A DNA stretch of 64,000 nucleotides from Harriotta raleighana (lineage: Eukaryota). Positions 52,661 through 64,000 of this stretch are shown in pieces. The first letter of the stretch is position 1. Every line of letters starts with the position of its first letter. The DNA lies in NCBI GenBank assembly GCA_050575255.1, contig JBNZDD010013691.1, positions 6,137,982 to 6,201,981 on the forward strand, written 5' to 3'. A program made the position numbers and the translations under genes. The notes under the pieces are model-generated. The model searched no databases. It was not told where the DNA came from and saw only the letters and a program-made list of their open reading frames with translations.

Positions 52661-53792
52661 CTCTCTGAATCTATGAGGAATAGACAAAAGGATACAGGTT
52701 TAGGGTAGCAAAGGACAATTTCAAGACAAGGTGATATGCCTGGCAGTGGAATGTCAGAATTGAGTGGCGGTCTTGATAGTTCAGTTGCCAAACCAGGCAG
52801 GTCCAGGTGGTTTGCCCAGAAAATATGCAGTCAATTCACTTTACAGTATATTCTGTGAAGCGCTTTGAGATATCATGAAGAAGGGATAAGATGCTACATA
52901 GAAAAATGCAAGGATTAACACCTGTTAAAATCATTGGCCAATGAGCCAGACTGGCTGTGCATAGCCAGTCTGTCTCATCAGCGGGACCTGGAAGGGCAGA
53001 CCAGTCACTTATCCCCTTCAGCTCATGCTAACCCTGCAACCAAAGTTCTGATGGGTAGGATGGTCCTATCTAGACAAGAGGCAGAAAAATCCTCCCAGAA
53101 CGCAATATCAATGATAATCTGTGCAGTTTTAGTTGGTTAGACTTCATTAGCACCCAACACACTCTGGGGTTCCCAAGCCTTGACTCTTGGCAATCTGTGC
53201 TATCTTTTCTGGAGTTAGGAAAGCATTCTATTCCAACACCCTATCTCTGGGATTACGATATGTAGGTCAGATGCAGGAAAATCTCACTTTAATTTAGTGA
53301 TGGATTTCATCATCTGTCAGACACCTAATTGACGAACAAAAAGACAGTAGCCAGGGAATATTTTATAGCTTAGGAAGAGAGGAAAAAATTAACAATTGAA
53401 ACAGGTAACCAGAAAACAAGACTGAAGCCAAGACACATGTAAGAATTTACTTTGTTCTTGGATATGAGGATGGATATTCTTGACAGATGAGTTCATATGG
53501 GGAGAAGGTCTTCTGCATCCAAACCAATCTTGTGATTAAAATTTCTGTTTTAAGAACAGAAAATGTGCAATACATCGACTGGAATCGAAAAGGGAAAGAT
53601 ATCTAAAAAGTGAAAGATACAGCTTTTCATTCAGCACCAGTACCAAAATGCTGCTGTTTCTCTCAGTTTTATGTGTTTGATTCATCTGATGTGCATTTTC
53701 AAATTTTTTTGATTTTATTTTTGATTTCCCAACATTCGGCAGTGTTTTGTATTCTCTTTGCAATTACTTTCACTGTTGTTTTCTGTGTTCAG

Positions 53793-53925
53793 GAATCAAT
53801 GATTTTTCACAACGTTTGGAGATTTTGAAATCCAATTTGCCTGAAAGGGAAAGACAACTTCAACATAATGTTAAATAAATGAAGACTTTGACTAGCAGCA
53901 ATAATAATAATGAGAATGATATTCC
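53793..53925 (+). pseudogene. Laminin alpha-like coiled-coil exon with in-frame stop
   Basis: Acceptor gttttctgtgttcag; phase 1 matches the donor at 43038. Reads GINDFSQRLEILKSNLPERERQLQHNVK*MKTLTSSNNNNENDIP with TAA at 53876-53878. The 3' end is uncertain. Confidence 0.65.
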
Positions 53926-55184
53926 GGTCAAGTTAAACTTGCCTTACACCTCTTCTGCTTGAAGAAGCAATGCTTGAATCAAATTGTATTTAACCCACTG
54001 TGAATCACACTCAAGCTTGACGCCAAGTGGTTTCACGGATAGCCAAATCCCTTATCCATGCCTTTATCATTTCCCGGCAGGAATATTTCAATGCCCTCCT
54101 CGCTGGATTCCCCAGCTCCACCATACCCAAAATCAAATTAATTGAAATCTCCACCACCCACATACTCATCTGCATAAAACTCCAAAACCATCACACCAGC
54201 CCTTGCAAGGCTCCGCCGACTCCCAATTTACAAACAGATCAATTTCAATACACCCTCAAAGGGCAAAATACTGCAGATCCTGGAAATATGAAATATAAAC
54301 AGAAGTTGCTGGGAACACTGACAAAAAAGGTCATTGAGTCATTGGCCAGAACTGCTAAATTTCAGTACAAAATGGCTTTACTGGCTAAAACTGGATGAAA
54401 TTTATAACCTAATGTAGGGATCTTACATTGGACTACAATTTCCATAGTTCATCTGAAGGATTAATGGATTTTCGTTTAATGTTATTGATGTGTCATTTGA
54501 ATATGCAGTTCTTGAATAGTACATTGAGATTGTAATGTTTGCCCATAAAAGTAGCAGTTATACTATTTTAATTTATGACCTGTAAAATAATAATGTAATA
54601 AAGCACTATATTCAAATATAAGGAGTATTATTATTACTATTACTAATAACATATATTATGTGATCATCTCGAGTGTTGATTATCATGTCACTGAAAATTG
54701 TGACTCAAAGCAGTCTTTCATTGCTGACTGGAACACTGAATTAGCATCCCCCTCCTGACTGCTGCACAATGATTTTCCCAAAAGTGCTTACTGTGGAGAG
54801 CTTTAAATTGTTGAGGGATTTTGATAGAGAGAGATTTTCTATTGGCTGGTGAGTCAGTGGCAAGAGGGCATCAAATTAAAACAAAGCTAATGGGAGATCA
54901 GGAGGATTTTATTTTACACAGAGTTGTTAAGATGTAGAATGCCCGGCTGGCGTACAGTGATGAATCATATCCAGTTTTCAAGAGAGAAGTAGATTGTTAT
55001 CTAAAAAATAATATTTTTTAGGGTTAAAGGGTACAGACAGATAAGTGTAACTAATAGATTGTTCTTGACTTTGGCCGATGCAATTATGCTATGCTTTATC
55101 AAATAGATTTATTGTAGCTACAACAACAAAATTACCCTTGTACAGCACCTTTCATGTCAGGAGGATGTCCCAAGGCTCTGAAGG

Positions 55185-55488
55185 CACTCACTGGTTAGAG
55201 CACTTGCCTCGCAAGCGAAAAAACTGGGTTTGATTTAGCGACAGGGCGAAACCTTGGGCAAGTTTCCTTATTCCACATGCCTGATAATAATCCCTGAAGA
55301 AAAAAATGAAAACAATAATTTGGTCATTCAACCCACGACTGTGTTGGGAACACTGCTGTGTACAATTGGCCGCTGCAGTTCGCTCACAAATATACAATCA
55401 ATTCACTTTACAGTATTCTGTGAAGTGCATTCAGACATCTAGAAGGCATGTAAAACATTATATCAAATGCAAGGATTATTATTATTAC
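55185..55488 (+). mobile_element. tRNA-derived SINE
   Basis: Homologous to 39383-39711. Confidence 0.85.
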
Positions 55489-58294
55489 ATTATAAGTAGT
55501 TGTTTTACATAAATAGCAATACAACATGAATAGTTGCTTCAGTAAAGTGCGACCACGGTACATAAAATGCTCAGCATAGCTAGAATGAGTCATACAATCT
55601 GGCAGTAGGCATATTGAGGTGCCATAATAGACACATATCAGATAATTCTCACTTTTGTACGGTCCTACTGATTTTTACAAAGTGAAGAAATAGGATCTCA
55701 TACATATATTATGCATATCATATGAATTAAAATGTATTCAATTTAGAATTTCCAGGCATGCTTTCTTGTTTGATAATATCTTGAATTTATGAATGAATTA
55801 CTGGTTAATATCCTGTTTCGTAGGTATTTGAGAATGTGTTCAAATGTACAAATATTCTACTGTTTTGATATGCTAATTATCTCCTTGATCTTTGTTGTAC
55901 GGGTACAAACAAATGCATCCATATGGCTGGGCCTGAAGAAAGCAGACATTCCAGCTGGCACAGCTACAACAACCACAACAACTTACATTTATTTAATGCC
56001 CTTTAGACAGGATGGTGTCTCGGAACATTTAACAACGATGGGATAGGACACCAAGCAAGGAAGAGAGGGGAGGTGGGTATAGATACATTCGAAGAGATGG
56101 ATTTGAAGTGGATCTTAAAGATAGATAGAGACAGGGTGGTAGAGGGGCAGCCTAAAAAGATAGCAACCGGAGCAGACAGCAACAATGAGAAGTTCAGGAA
56201 ATTGAAAGATAAAAAAATGCAAATTCTCTAGTTCCTGTGGGTTGTGGTCCTCTTAGAAATGACACTGACGATTGCAAATGCCCTTCTTCGCTTTGTGCTG
56301 CTCATGCCACTATGTGTTTGAGTATGGAGCCCATTCTGAGCTCATCACCATAGTTCAACCCTTCAGGGGTTTCAGCTGCTGCTACAAGATAATCGGAATC
56401 AGCTATTTTGCTTCCAACACTAGTTCTTCTGTGAGCAGTTCTGAAAGGTGTTTAGGAAGACAACCCTGCAAAGAGGCTTCTGAGAGTCGAGCAGTGCTAA
56501 TAAAATGCTACTTTTTTCTCTCTTTTAATCAGGCCTTGGAACGAGTGCCTAAGTAGCAATGTTTGTAAATGGATGTAAGAATCTTGGGTTATTTGACTGG
56601 CATGCTTTCAGTCTGGGCATGTTTCAATTATTACCTGATAAGATTTATCTTACAGGATGACGTGGCTCAAAACAGAATTACTGCTGATTTAATGCTTGGC
56701 TTCAACAGCTTACCAGAGACCACCTTCTTTCCATTCTGCACATCTTATCGTGTCAATGTTCTGATTTATTAACATGGTACTCAGCATATGTTTACTTTAT
56801 TAATTCTGCTTTCGGGCTGTGTAACTTAAACTATGTTAAGTCACAACTTGTTTGAACATCTTGTGCGAGTTATGAAGCTGACTGCTTAAGCTGATGCATT
56901 CTCTATTGACTTGTGCATGTGGAAATGATTGCAAAATGTGATGGTTATTGGCAAGGATGTTTTGCGGAGGCTGTTTGCCAAGCCTGGAAGTGACAGCAAG
57001 ATACCGTGTCTGAGCAAAACAATGTACTCTGGTTGCTATCTGGCATATTTTTGTTTGTGCAAATGTCAACCATGATTAAACCTTGCAGAAACGTTAGAAT
57101 GTTGACTTTTGAGCACTTGCTTTGTTTCAAAGCAGCTTTTAGACTGAATATAAGAGGTGCATTTTGTATTGTGTAGGAGGAGTTAAATACAGGTACATAT
57201 TGTGGAAATGGCTCAATGTGCTAAGTGTTGCTCCGTATTTATTTCACTGTAAAAGTGTAACGATCCACAAGCAAGTGGCATGACTTTATAGAACTTGATA
57301 GGTAATTGATCACAGAATGTAAACTATGCAACAATATTCTTACTTGGTTCCAACTGTTGAAATTTCTATAATTCATTTTTCGTGTTGGAATTTCTCCTCT
57401 CACATACTCTCCTGTATTGCATGTATCTTTAAGGACCTAATTGGCAATTGAATATGGATGATTCAAGGATAAAAGGATTCTAGGAAAGTGACTAAGCCGA
57501 AAGAGTTTGTAAAGTTGGATTTAAAGGACTGAGTGAACCTACATTGTGTTTTGGATTCAATAACATGACATGGTATCAGAAGTGAAAACAGAACCTGGAG
57601 TGAAGTTGACTATGAGAGGCATAATGCAGAGAAACAGAATTAAATTCCATGCCAAGGTATGTGCAGATACCAAAATCACTGAGTTGGTTGGAAATTTAAG
57701 ACATAATTGGCAATAGTTTGAAAGAGACATTAACATTTTTGGACTGGCCGGAAACATAATAGCAGTCTACTATATTTTTGAATGTAGCAGGCGAGGAAAC
57801 AAACAAATATTTGCAACCAAAGAAAGAGAGGTGAATATGCCATTGTTGGTGATAATGAATATTATGATGGAAAGATGTGGTAGAAAAATTGATGTGCTAA
57901 TTGACTAACTTAAGATTGGAGCAAGAAAGCAGGGACCCACAGAATCATTCCATCTATACTTTGTGGTACTGCGAAAAAAGTACAACTATGGAGCATTAAG
58001 AGATGAACTGATATGCGACCAGATCATGGTTTGCATAAAAGTTTAAGAGGAAAGCTTTTGAAAAAAAGAGATCCGACATTAGAATCGACAAAATTGAAAT
58101 AGTGGGCAGAGTAGAGATAGAAGTGATACAGAAAGGGAGACAATACAGAATAAAATTCTACACCTTAAAAATAGAAGCTGATACTTTATTATGATTGGAA
58201 GATATAATAAAAATGGGAATGTTAAAAAGAATTGGCAATGTGAAAATAAAGGAAAGTGAACCAAAGGAGGGGGAAGAACTAATAGGACAATATA

Positions 58295-59110
58295 AATAAC
58301 AACAACACAATTACATTTGAAGAGCATCTTTCATGTCGGGAAGACATCCCAAGATGCTGAACAGTCATGGGTCAGGACCAATCATGGGGTGGAGGACAAG
58401 GTTAGGATGAGGAAGGGAAGAGAGATAGGAGACATGATCAAAAGACATAGTAGAAAGGGAGGGTCTTGAAGGAGGCATGAGAGGGAGTAAGTCAGAGGGA
58501 TTGTGGGATAGAGTTCCAAAGGGTTGGGACAGAGAGGCTTAGCTTGCTGAATGGAGGGACCAGACAGCTTAATAGTGGGTCAGCAGATCAGAGAGGTAAG
58601 AGAGGGCAAAGGACGTGGGAGCCTTGAAAGTGAGGATAAGGATTTGAATTCCAACCTGTGAGGGATTGTGGTAGGGAGAGTGGGTGGAGATGAGCGACAT
58701 TGCCGGTGATAGGGTCACAGAGGCTGGTGTGGAAAAGTTTGGGATGATTTGCAGCTTGTGGAGAGAAGCATTGGGGAGGCTGAAAAGGAGATAGTTTCCA
58801 TAGTCCAGCCTTGATTTGACAAATGCATATATGAGGGTTTTGGCAGCCTGAGAGGTGAGTTCAATAGCGGAGTCAGGCAATGTTGCAGAAGTAGTGGAAG
58901 ACAGATCTGGTCATGGCATTACTATTAGGGAGAAAGGACTTTTGAGGGTCGAACAAGCCGCCCAGCTATCTGAATGGCTTGGTGAGGTGAAGTGTACATG
59001 CATAGATGCTGATCTGCCAATGCCTGAGGTGTGGAGACTCTGGCACGAGCCAATTAGGGGGGCCTCAGTCTTGCTGATGTTCAGCGGTTGAAAATTGTTA
59101 TTCAGCTATC
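58295..59110 (-). mobile_element. L2 LINE inserted in the Gypsy element
   Basis: AAKTLIYAFVKSRLDYGNYLL on the reverse strand; tail at 58295. Confidence 0.88.
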
Positions 59111-59610
59111 AAGAAGAACACCAGAGGCAATGCAAAAAAGATTGCAAGAAAAATTTAGACCACGGATACAGTGACAAAGATATTAGAATACGAAATGGTA
59201 AGATCTATGGAAAGAAAAAACTTCCAAAAAAAACAAGAAACTGAATTGTTTTGGAGGAAATACTTAAAAATGGAAGGCTAGATCAGGAAAAGTTTGGGGG
59301 AAAGATGAGAACCCTAGATCCTATTGGGTAAAACATGAAAAAGGAAAGATACGAAGACAAACATCATGAGAGATCAAACAAAGAACAATAAAGAAAATAC
59401 AGAAGAAAAACAAAAAGCAGAAGGAAGAGGAAAGAGTGGCAGAAACTGTGAGAACAACTACATCTGGAAGAGAAATAGTAAGACTTCAAAGAATGATAGA
59501 ACAAGATTGAAAGAAATGAGAAAAACTAAAAAGAAGGAAGATGTTTCTTATTGCTTTAACAAACTAAGTGACATTTGAATATGGATGATGCAAGGGTCAC
59601 TTTCTGGGAA

Positions 59611-59918
59611 AATAATAATATAATCCTTGCATTTGTTATAGAGCTTTTCATATCTTCCAGACGTCTCAAAGCGCTTCACAGAATATACTGTAAAATGAAT
59701 TGACTCTATACTTCTGAGCAAAACACAGCAACCAATTGTGCACAGCAGTGTCGCACAAACAGTTGTGAGTTGAAATGGCCAATTTTTTATTATTAGTTTT
59801 TTTGAGGGATTATTATTAGGCATGTGGAGTAAGGAAACTTGCCTAAGGTTTTGCCCTGATCTGCCTAGATTCGAACCACAGATCTCACACACTTGTAAGA
59901 CAAGGCAACTGACTGAGC
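59611..59918 (-). mobile_element. tRNA-derived SINE inserted in the 3' LTR
   Basis: Reverse complement of the 39383 SINE; absent from the 5' LTR. Confidence 0.88.
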
Positions 59919-60729
59919 AGATTTGAAAGAGGTTGATTTGGAAAGTTGGAATTAAAGAACCAATGGAATCTACATTGTGTTTTGGATTAAATAACATTAC
60001 ATCCTGAAAGTTTGAATTGTTTGTCCGCTCTACTGGGGCTGTCAATTATCCAGCACAAGCCAGGAAATAAACCTTCACCACAATAATCTAGGACAACAGT
60101 ACTTGGAAAGTAGGACCTGGAGCAGCCCTTTGAGCCTGATTCTGAAAATTATTATATTTTGACAATGTTTTACCAATCTAATCCAATTTCCCTGCCTTTT
60201 CTAGAGATTCCTTACTTCTCAAGCAGCTATCTATCTACAGTATATCTCACTTGAACAATGCCTTTTAATCTCTATTTATGGTCTTTTGAGTGAGTGCATA
60301 CTAAACTCTTGACAAATCTTTGTGCAAGGGAATGTTTTTACATGACCAAAGTGAGCTAAGATTTTATCAATGTCAAATGCTGCTCAATGTGACTTTTATA
60401 ATTTTACAATTTCTTGCTTGCTATTTTTGGTAGAAATTAAAATTTTGCTTACTGAAAAGAGCACCAAAACTCATTTAATGTAATTTGAGATAATCTTATG
60501 GCCTCATCCATCACTTCTCTTTCCTCGGTTCTCCAATCAGGTCTCAACCAAACCAGATTAATTGAACCCGTAAAATTTATGTGATCTTAAGATCAGATCT
60601 TATATGATAGTTGAACAAGGTTTCAGATCCTCAAAACCTGTTGCAGGGGAATTTAGGAATTTTCATTTTAGCTAAAATGGCGAGCTGATGGGGCCAATGT
60701 GTTGAGATAGAGAAATTAAAGTCTAATGA

Positions 60730-61610
60730 ACCAACAACAAAATTACATTTGTGTAGCACCTTTCACATTGTGAGGACATCCCAAGGCCCTAGACATACAG
60801 TATTTTGGGGATAGGGATTGGAGAGAGTGGAAGGCATGGGGAAAAGGTGGTTGATCAAAAGCACAGTTGAGAGGCCTTGAGGTGGATCTTTGAAGGAGGC
60901 AAGGAATGGGACGAGGTGGAGGGACTGCAGGATGGAGTTCCAGAGGGTGGGAGCAGAATGGCTAAAGACCTGCTGCCAACGATGGGGCAGGCGAGGTGGG
61001 GGATGTGAAGCAGACCAGAACCCACTGAGCAGAGAGGCCGAGCAGATTGGTAGTGGGTTAGGAAGTTACAGAGGAAGGGCAGCAAGGCCATGGCTCTTCA
61101 ACTGTATTGATTGTTTGATGGGGAGCCAATGGAGTCGAGTGAGGGTGAAGGTGATATGGTAAAGGACCCTACTGCAAGAGAGGATGTGAGCTACAGGATT
61201 CTGGATGATCTACAGTCTTTGGTGGGAGGTGTTGTGGAGGCCAACAATCAAGGAGTTTGCATCATCAAGTCTGGATGTTATGAATGCATCTATAAGATTT
61301 TTGATGGCTGGCAGGGGGAGGCAGTGGCAGAGCCAAGGTGAAGGAAGAGAAGCATGGCATGGATGTAGGGTAGAAAGGATATTTGAGGGTTGAACAAGAT
61401 GCTAGGATTCCAGACCGGCTTAGTGAGATGGAGTGAGCATCCATAGATGGTGATGATGTCACTAAGAGGGATCATATAGATGTTGAAGAGAAGGGGACCA
61501 AGGACTGAACCCTAAGGAATTCCTCATGAGGCAGTGTGGGGACTAGAGAAGAAATTGTTTGTGGAGATAGATTAGAGGCAGTGTGAGAGATACAAACTGA
61601 ACCAAATCAA
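60730..61610 (-). mobile_element. L2 LINE fragment
   Basis: Reverse strand shows [19 protein letters not shown] through to the L2 tail. Confidence 0.85.
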
Positions 61611-62071
61611 ACAAAATATATTGTTTGAAAAAAGAACATCATATAGAGGTGCAAAGAACAACCTGAAGCTTTTTTGCTGAATTATATGCTATTCTTCTAT
61701 AATTTAAGCACTTTTGCAATTTTATGGAACACTGTGGCTTAGTTTATTCAAAGATCAAGAGGTGCTTTGTTTCCACAGGGGCTTTTTTTAAATCTAGAAT
61801 CACATCCAGTAATATCAAAAGCATGAAATAAAAAAATAAATAGAGGCACCAAACTCAATGCAATCTGCAGGGAAGCTTCCTCAGCATAGTAAATTGGAAC
61901 CTTATACAGTACTTGTACATACATTAAGTGGTGATTGATGAACAAGTCTGTTTTTAACAGGGACTTGTCGACAGGGTAGGCAGTGCCTACCTTATGAAAA
62001 TGAAAAAAACTTAAAATGATATATGATTATTTAATGGTTTATAATTTTATATTTATATTCAACTTGAATAG

Positions 62072-62217
62072 ATACAACAGCTGCTGCACCAACATGCCAA
62101 CAATTTACAAGTGTGAGCAGGATATAATTCAGATTATTATTTCAAATTGTCCAAGGGCCCTGATCAAATCCACATTTTCAAAGAGAGCAAAGTCTCTGAG
62201 GAATTCAAAGATTTTAT
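62072..62217 (+). pseudogene. Candidate exon spanning the coiled-coil end and start of LG1
   Basis: Acceptor atattcaacttgaatag. IQQLLHQHANNLQV*AGYNSDYYFKLSKGPDQIHIFKESKVSEEFK resembles the laminin alpha junction IKELI.QAR..AN.I.V...F.G......L.........SL.F. TGA at 62114-62116; donor uncertain. Confidence 0.4.
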
Positions 62218-62434
62218 GTACAACATATTGCATGAACAATATATACCATTCTCAAATGAGTCAAATTTGATAGCATTTTGCACGGCTCTGCTCAACATCA
62301 TACTACCTCAACTCTTTGTGAAGTTTTTCATTTTACTTATATATCCTTTGCTCCCATCAATGTCTTCACTCATGTGGATCTAAACTACTCAACGTCCCTG
62401 GGCTCTTCCGCAAATTTACAGAACCAGTGTGCAA

Positions 62435-63110
62435 TCTAGGTGTTCTGTTCTACGCCTTGCTGCCCTTCCTTCTCCACATCAAGTCCCTGACCAGGAACAC
62501 TTTCTTTCAACTCCACCACATTGCCTGCCTCAGACCATACCTTACCCCAAATGCAGCCTAACCCCTCATGCATGTGTTTGTCACCTCCCGCCTTGATTAT
62601 TCCAACACACTCCTTGCTGGTTTCCCTAGCTCCACTATTCCAAAAATCCAGCTCATTCAGAACTTTGCAGCCCACACACCGACCCAGACCTAACTCCATA
62701 CCCCCATTTCACCAGTTCTGGCCAGGCTCCACTGGCTCCCCATCACCAAACAGATTAACATCAAGATCCTTATACTCATGCTCAAATCCACTCACTCCCT
62801 GGCACCTCCGTCCCTCTCTGACTCCTCACTTTCCAATCCGTCACCCATTGCCTCCACTCAATTGGCACCAGCCTGCTGCTCGCCCTCAGATCATCTGCAC
62901 CTTCATTGGATGACTTGCTTTCAGCCACTACGCCCCTAAAACTCTGGAACACTCTTCCTCAATCCTTCCGCTTTGTCCCATCCCATCTGAAATCTTTCCT
63001 CTACAACACTGCTTACAGCCATCTCCCCAGCTCAGATTCAGGCTACACCACTGTTAAGCACCATGAGATCCTACTTAGAGGATGGTATATAACTGCAAGT
63101 CATTGTCTTT
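62435..63110 (+). mobile_element. L2 LINE 3' fragment
   Basis: FVTSRLDYSN.LL, LHWLPI and LWNTLP motifs. Confidence 0.85.
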
Positions 63111-63854
63111 GTTTATCACTGCAGAGTTTTATTTAATGCAATCTTTTTGAAAAAGGGAATAGATTTTGTGAAATTCCCTGCTGTAGTTTAAATATTGTAC
63201 AGTACATAATTTATGTAACATGAATTTTATTTTTATCTGCTGCTCATTTTGACCTTGAAATTAAAACGAGAATAACATCAGAATAGACACAAAGCTTTAA
63301 TACCCTAAATTCTGGTGAAATGGTTATTAGAGATCACCAAATTATGGTAGAATGCCGGCTATCTAGTCCGCTTACCAATTAATCGCATGTCTGCATATCC
63401 ACATCAAGATTCAATCTGGTTCTAAATGGAGAAACAGTGGCAAGTTTACCAGACACTGTTTTCAATAGAAAGCTTTGTGATTTCAGCTAGTTCAACTCCA
63501 GCAGTGCCCAAATACAAACTCTGGGGTCCTAAACCTTAGCCCTTGCCAAACTGCTTAGTACATGCTTCATATAAATGCTTTGATATACAGCCTTTAGGAA
63601 GGGTGCTATATAAATGTAAGTTATTGTTGTGATACAACACAACAACAACAAAATTACATTTGTATAGTGCCTATATAGTGATAGTCTCTAATAATAAGTA
63701 ACTAGACAGCTTGCCTCCAGGGAGTGAATATTATATTCTGGGCAAGGCAATTTCCCATGTGTAGATAACTTGCATGGAACTCTGAATCTGATTTGGATAC
63801 ACTTAAGCATGATCACTGCACATGTCAAATACTTTGCCTACCAAACGTAAATAC

Positions 63855-64000
63855 TACACTGTTGGAGGTGCCACCCTTTAGATGAGACATTAAACTAAGG
63901 CCCTGTCCACCTGTTCAGTTGGCCTCAAAATAATCCATTGCACTATTAGCGAAGGGGAGGGCATTTCTCCCAATCATTAATCCCATTGATAACATTTGTC
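63855..64000 (+). mobile_element. Deu-domain-type SINE fragment
   Basis: ggaggtgcc...tagatgagacattaaac.aaggccctgtccacctgttcag. Confidence 0.7.

Larger units (their letters stand above)
57413..60001 (+). mobile_element. Compact, internally deleted Gypsy LTR retrotransposon
   Basis: 5' LTR 57413-57570 (TG..CA); PBS tggtatcagaagtg at 57571; gag remnant GNLRHNWQ*FE...NYGALRDELICDQI; integrase-tail motifs PRSYWV and TTSGRE; PPT aaaaagaaggaaga; 3' LTR 59542-60001. Confidence 0.8.
828..62217 (+). pseudogene. Part of a laminin alpha-like gene (coiled-coil rod to possible LG1 start) with an inserted MAM domain; probable unprocessed pseudogene; extends beyond the window
   Basis: Series of AG/GT-bounded + strand exons whose translations are collinear with the laminin alpha rod, plus four MAM-like exons. 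In-frame stops at 8157, 20769, 20793, 20799, 29479, 38096, 53876 and 62114. Confidence 0.7.

Noticed and set aside
1-64000. Prokaryote-type systems (CRISPR arrays, operons, rRNA)
   Set aside because: No regularly spaced repeat-spacer arrays or dense ORFs; the window is intron-rich vertebrate DNA.

Overview
Eukaryotic, repeat-dense vertebrate genomic DNA. The repeat set (L2 and CR1 LINEs, tRNA-derived SINEs, Deu-domain-type SINEs, Tigger-like MITEs) suggests a cartilaginous fish such as a chimaera or shark; this is inference. There is a 508-N gap and several single-N contig joins. Nearly all ORFs in the supplied track are TE fragments or noise. Between the repeats, on the + strand, lie the exons of one large gene that extends beyond the window. 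Coiled-coil exons (828-977, 8011-8164, 38096-~38265, 42794-43038, 53793-~53925, possibly 62072-~62217) follow the order of a laminin alpha-chain rod and may reach the start of LG1. Between them sit four exons that together spell a MAM domain (~20731-20870, 21055-21230, 29435-29534, 34956-35043). A MAM domain inside a laminin alpha coiled coil is not an architecture I know from vertebrate LAMA1-5. Several exons carry in-frame stops or frameshifts and one is cut by a SINE, so this copy looks like an unprocessed pseudogene. The introns also hold a compact Gypsy element with both LTRs, PBS and PPT, probable BEL/Pao and Crypton remnants, and an old unclassified repeat family. All family assignments come from visual motif recognition and remembered consensus sequences, not database searches.
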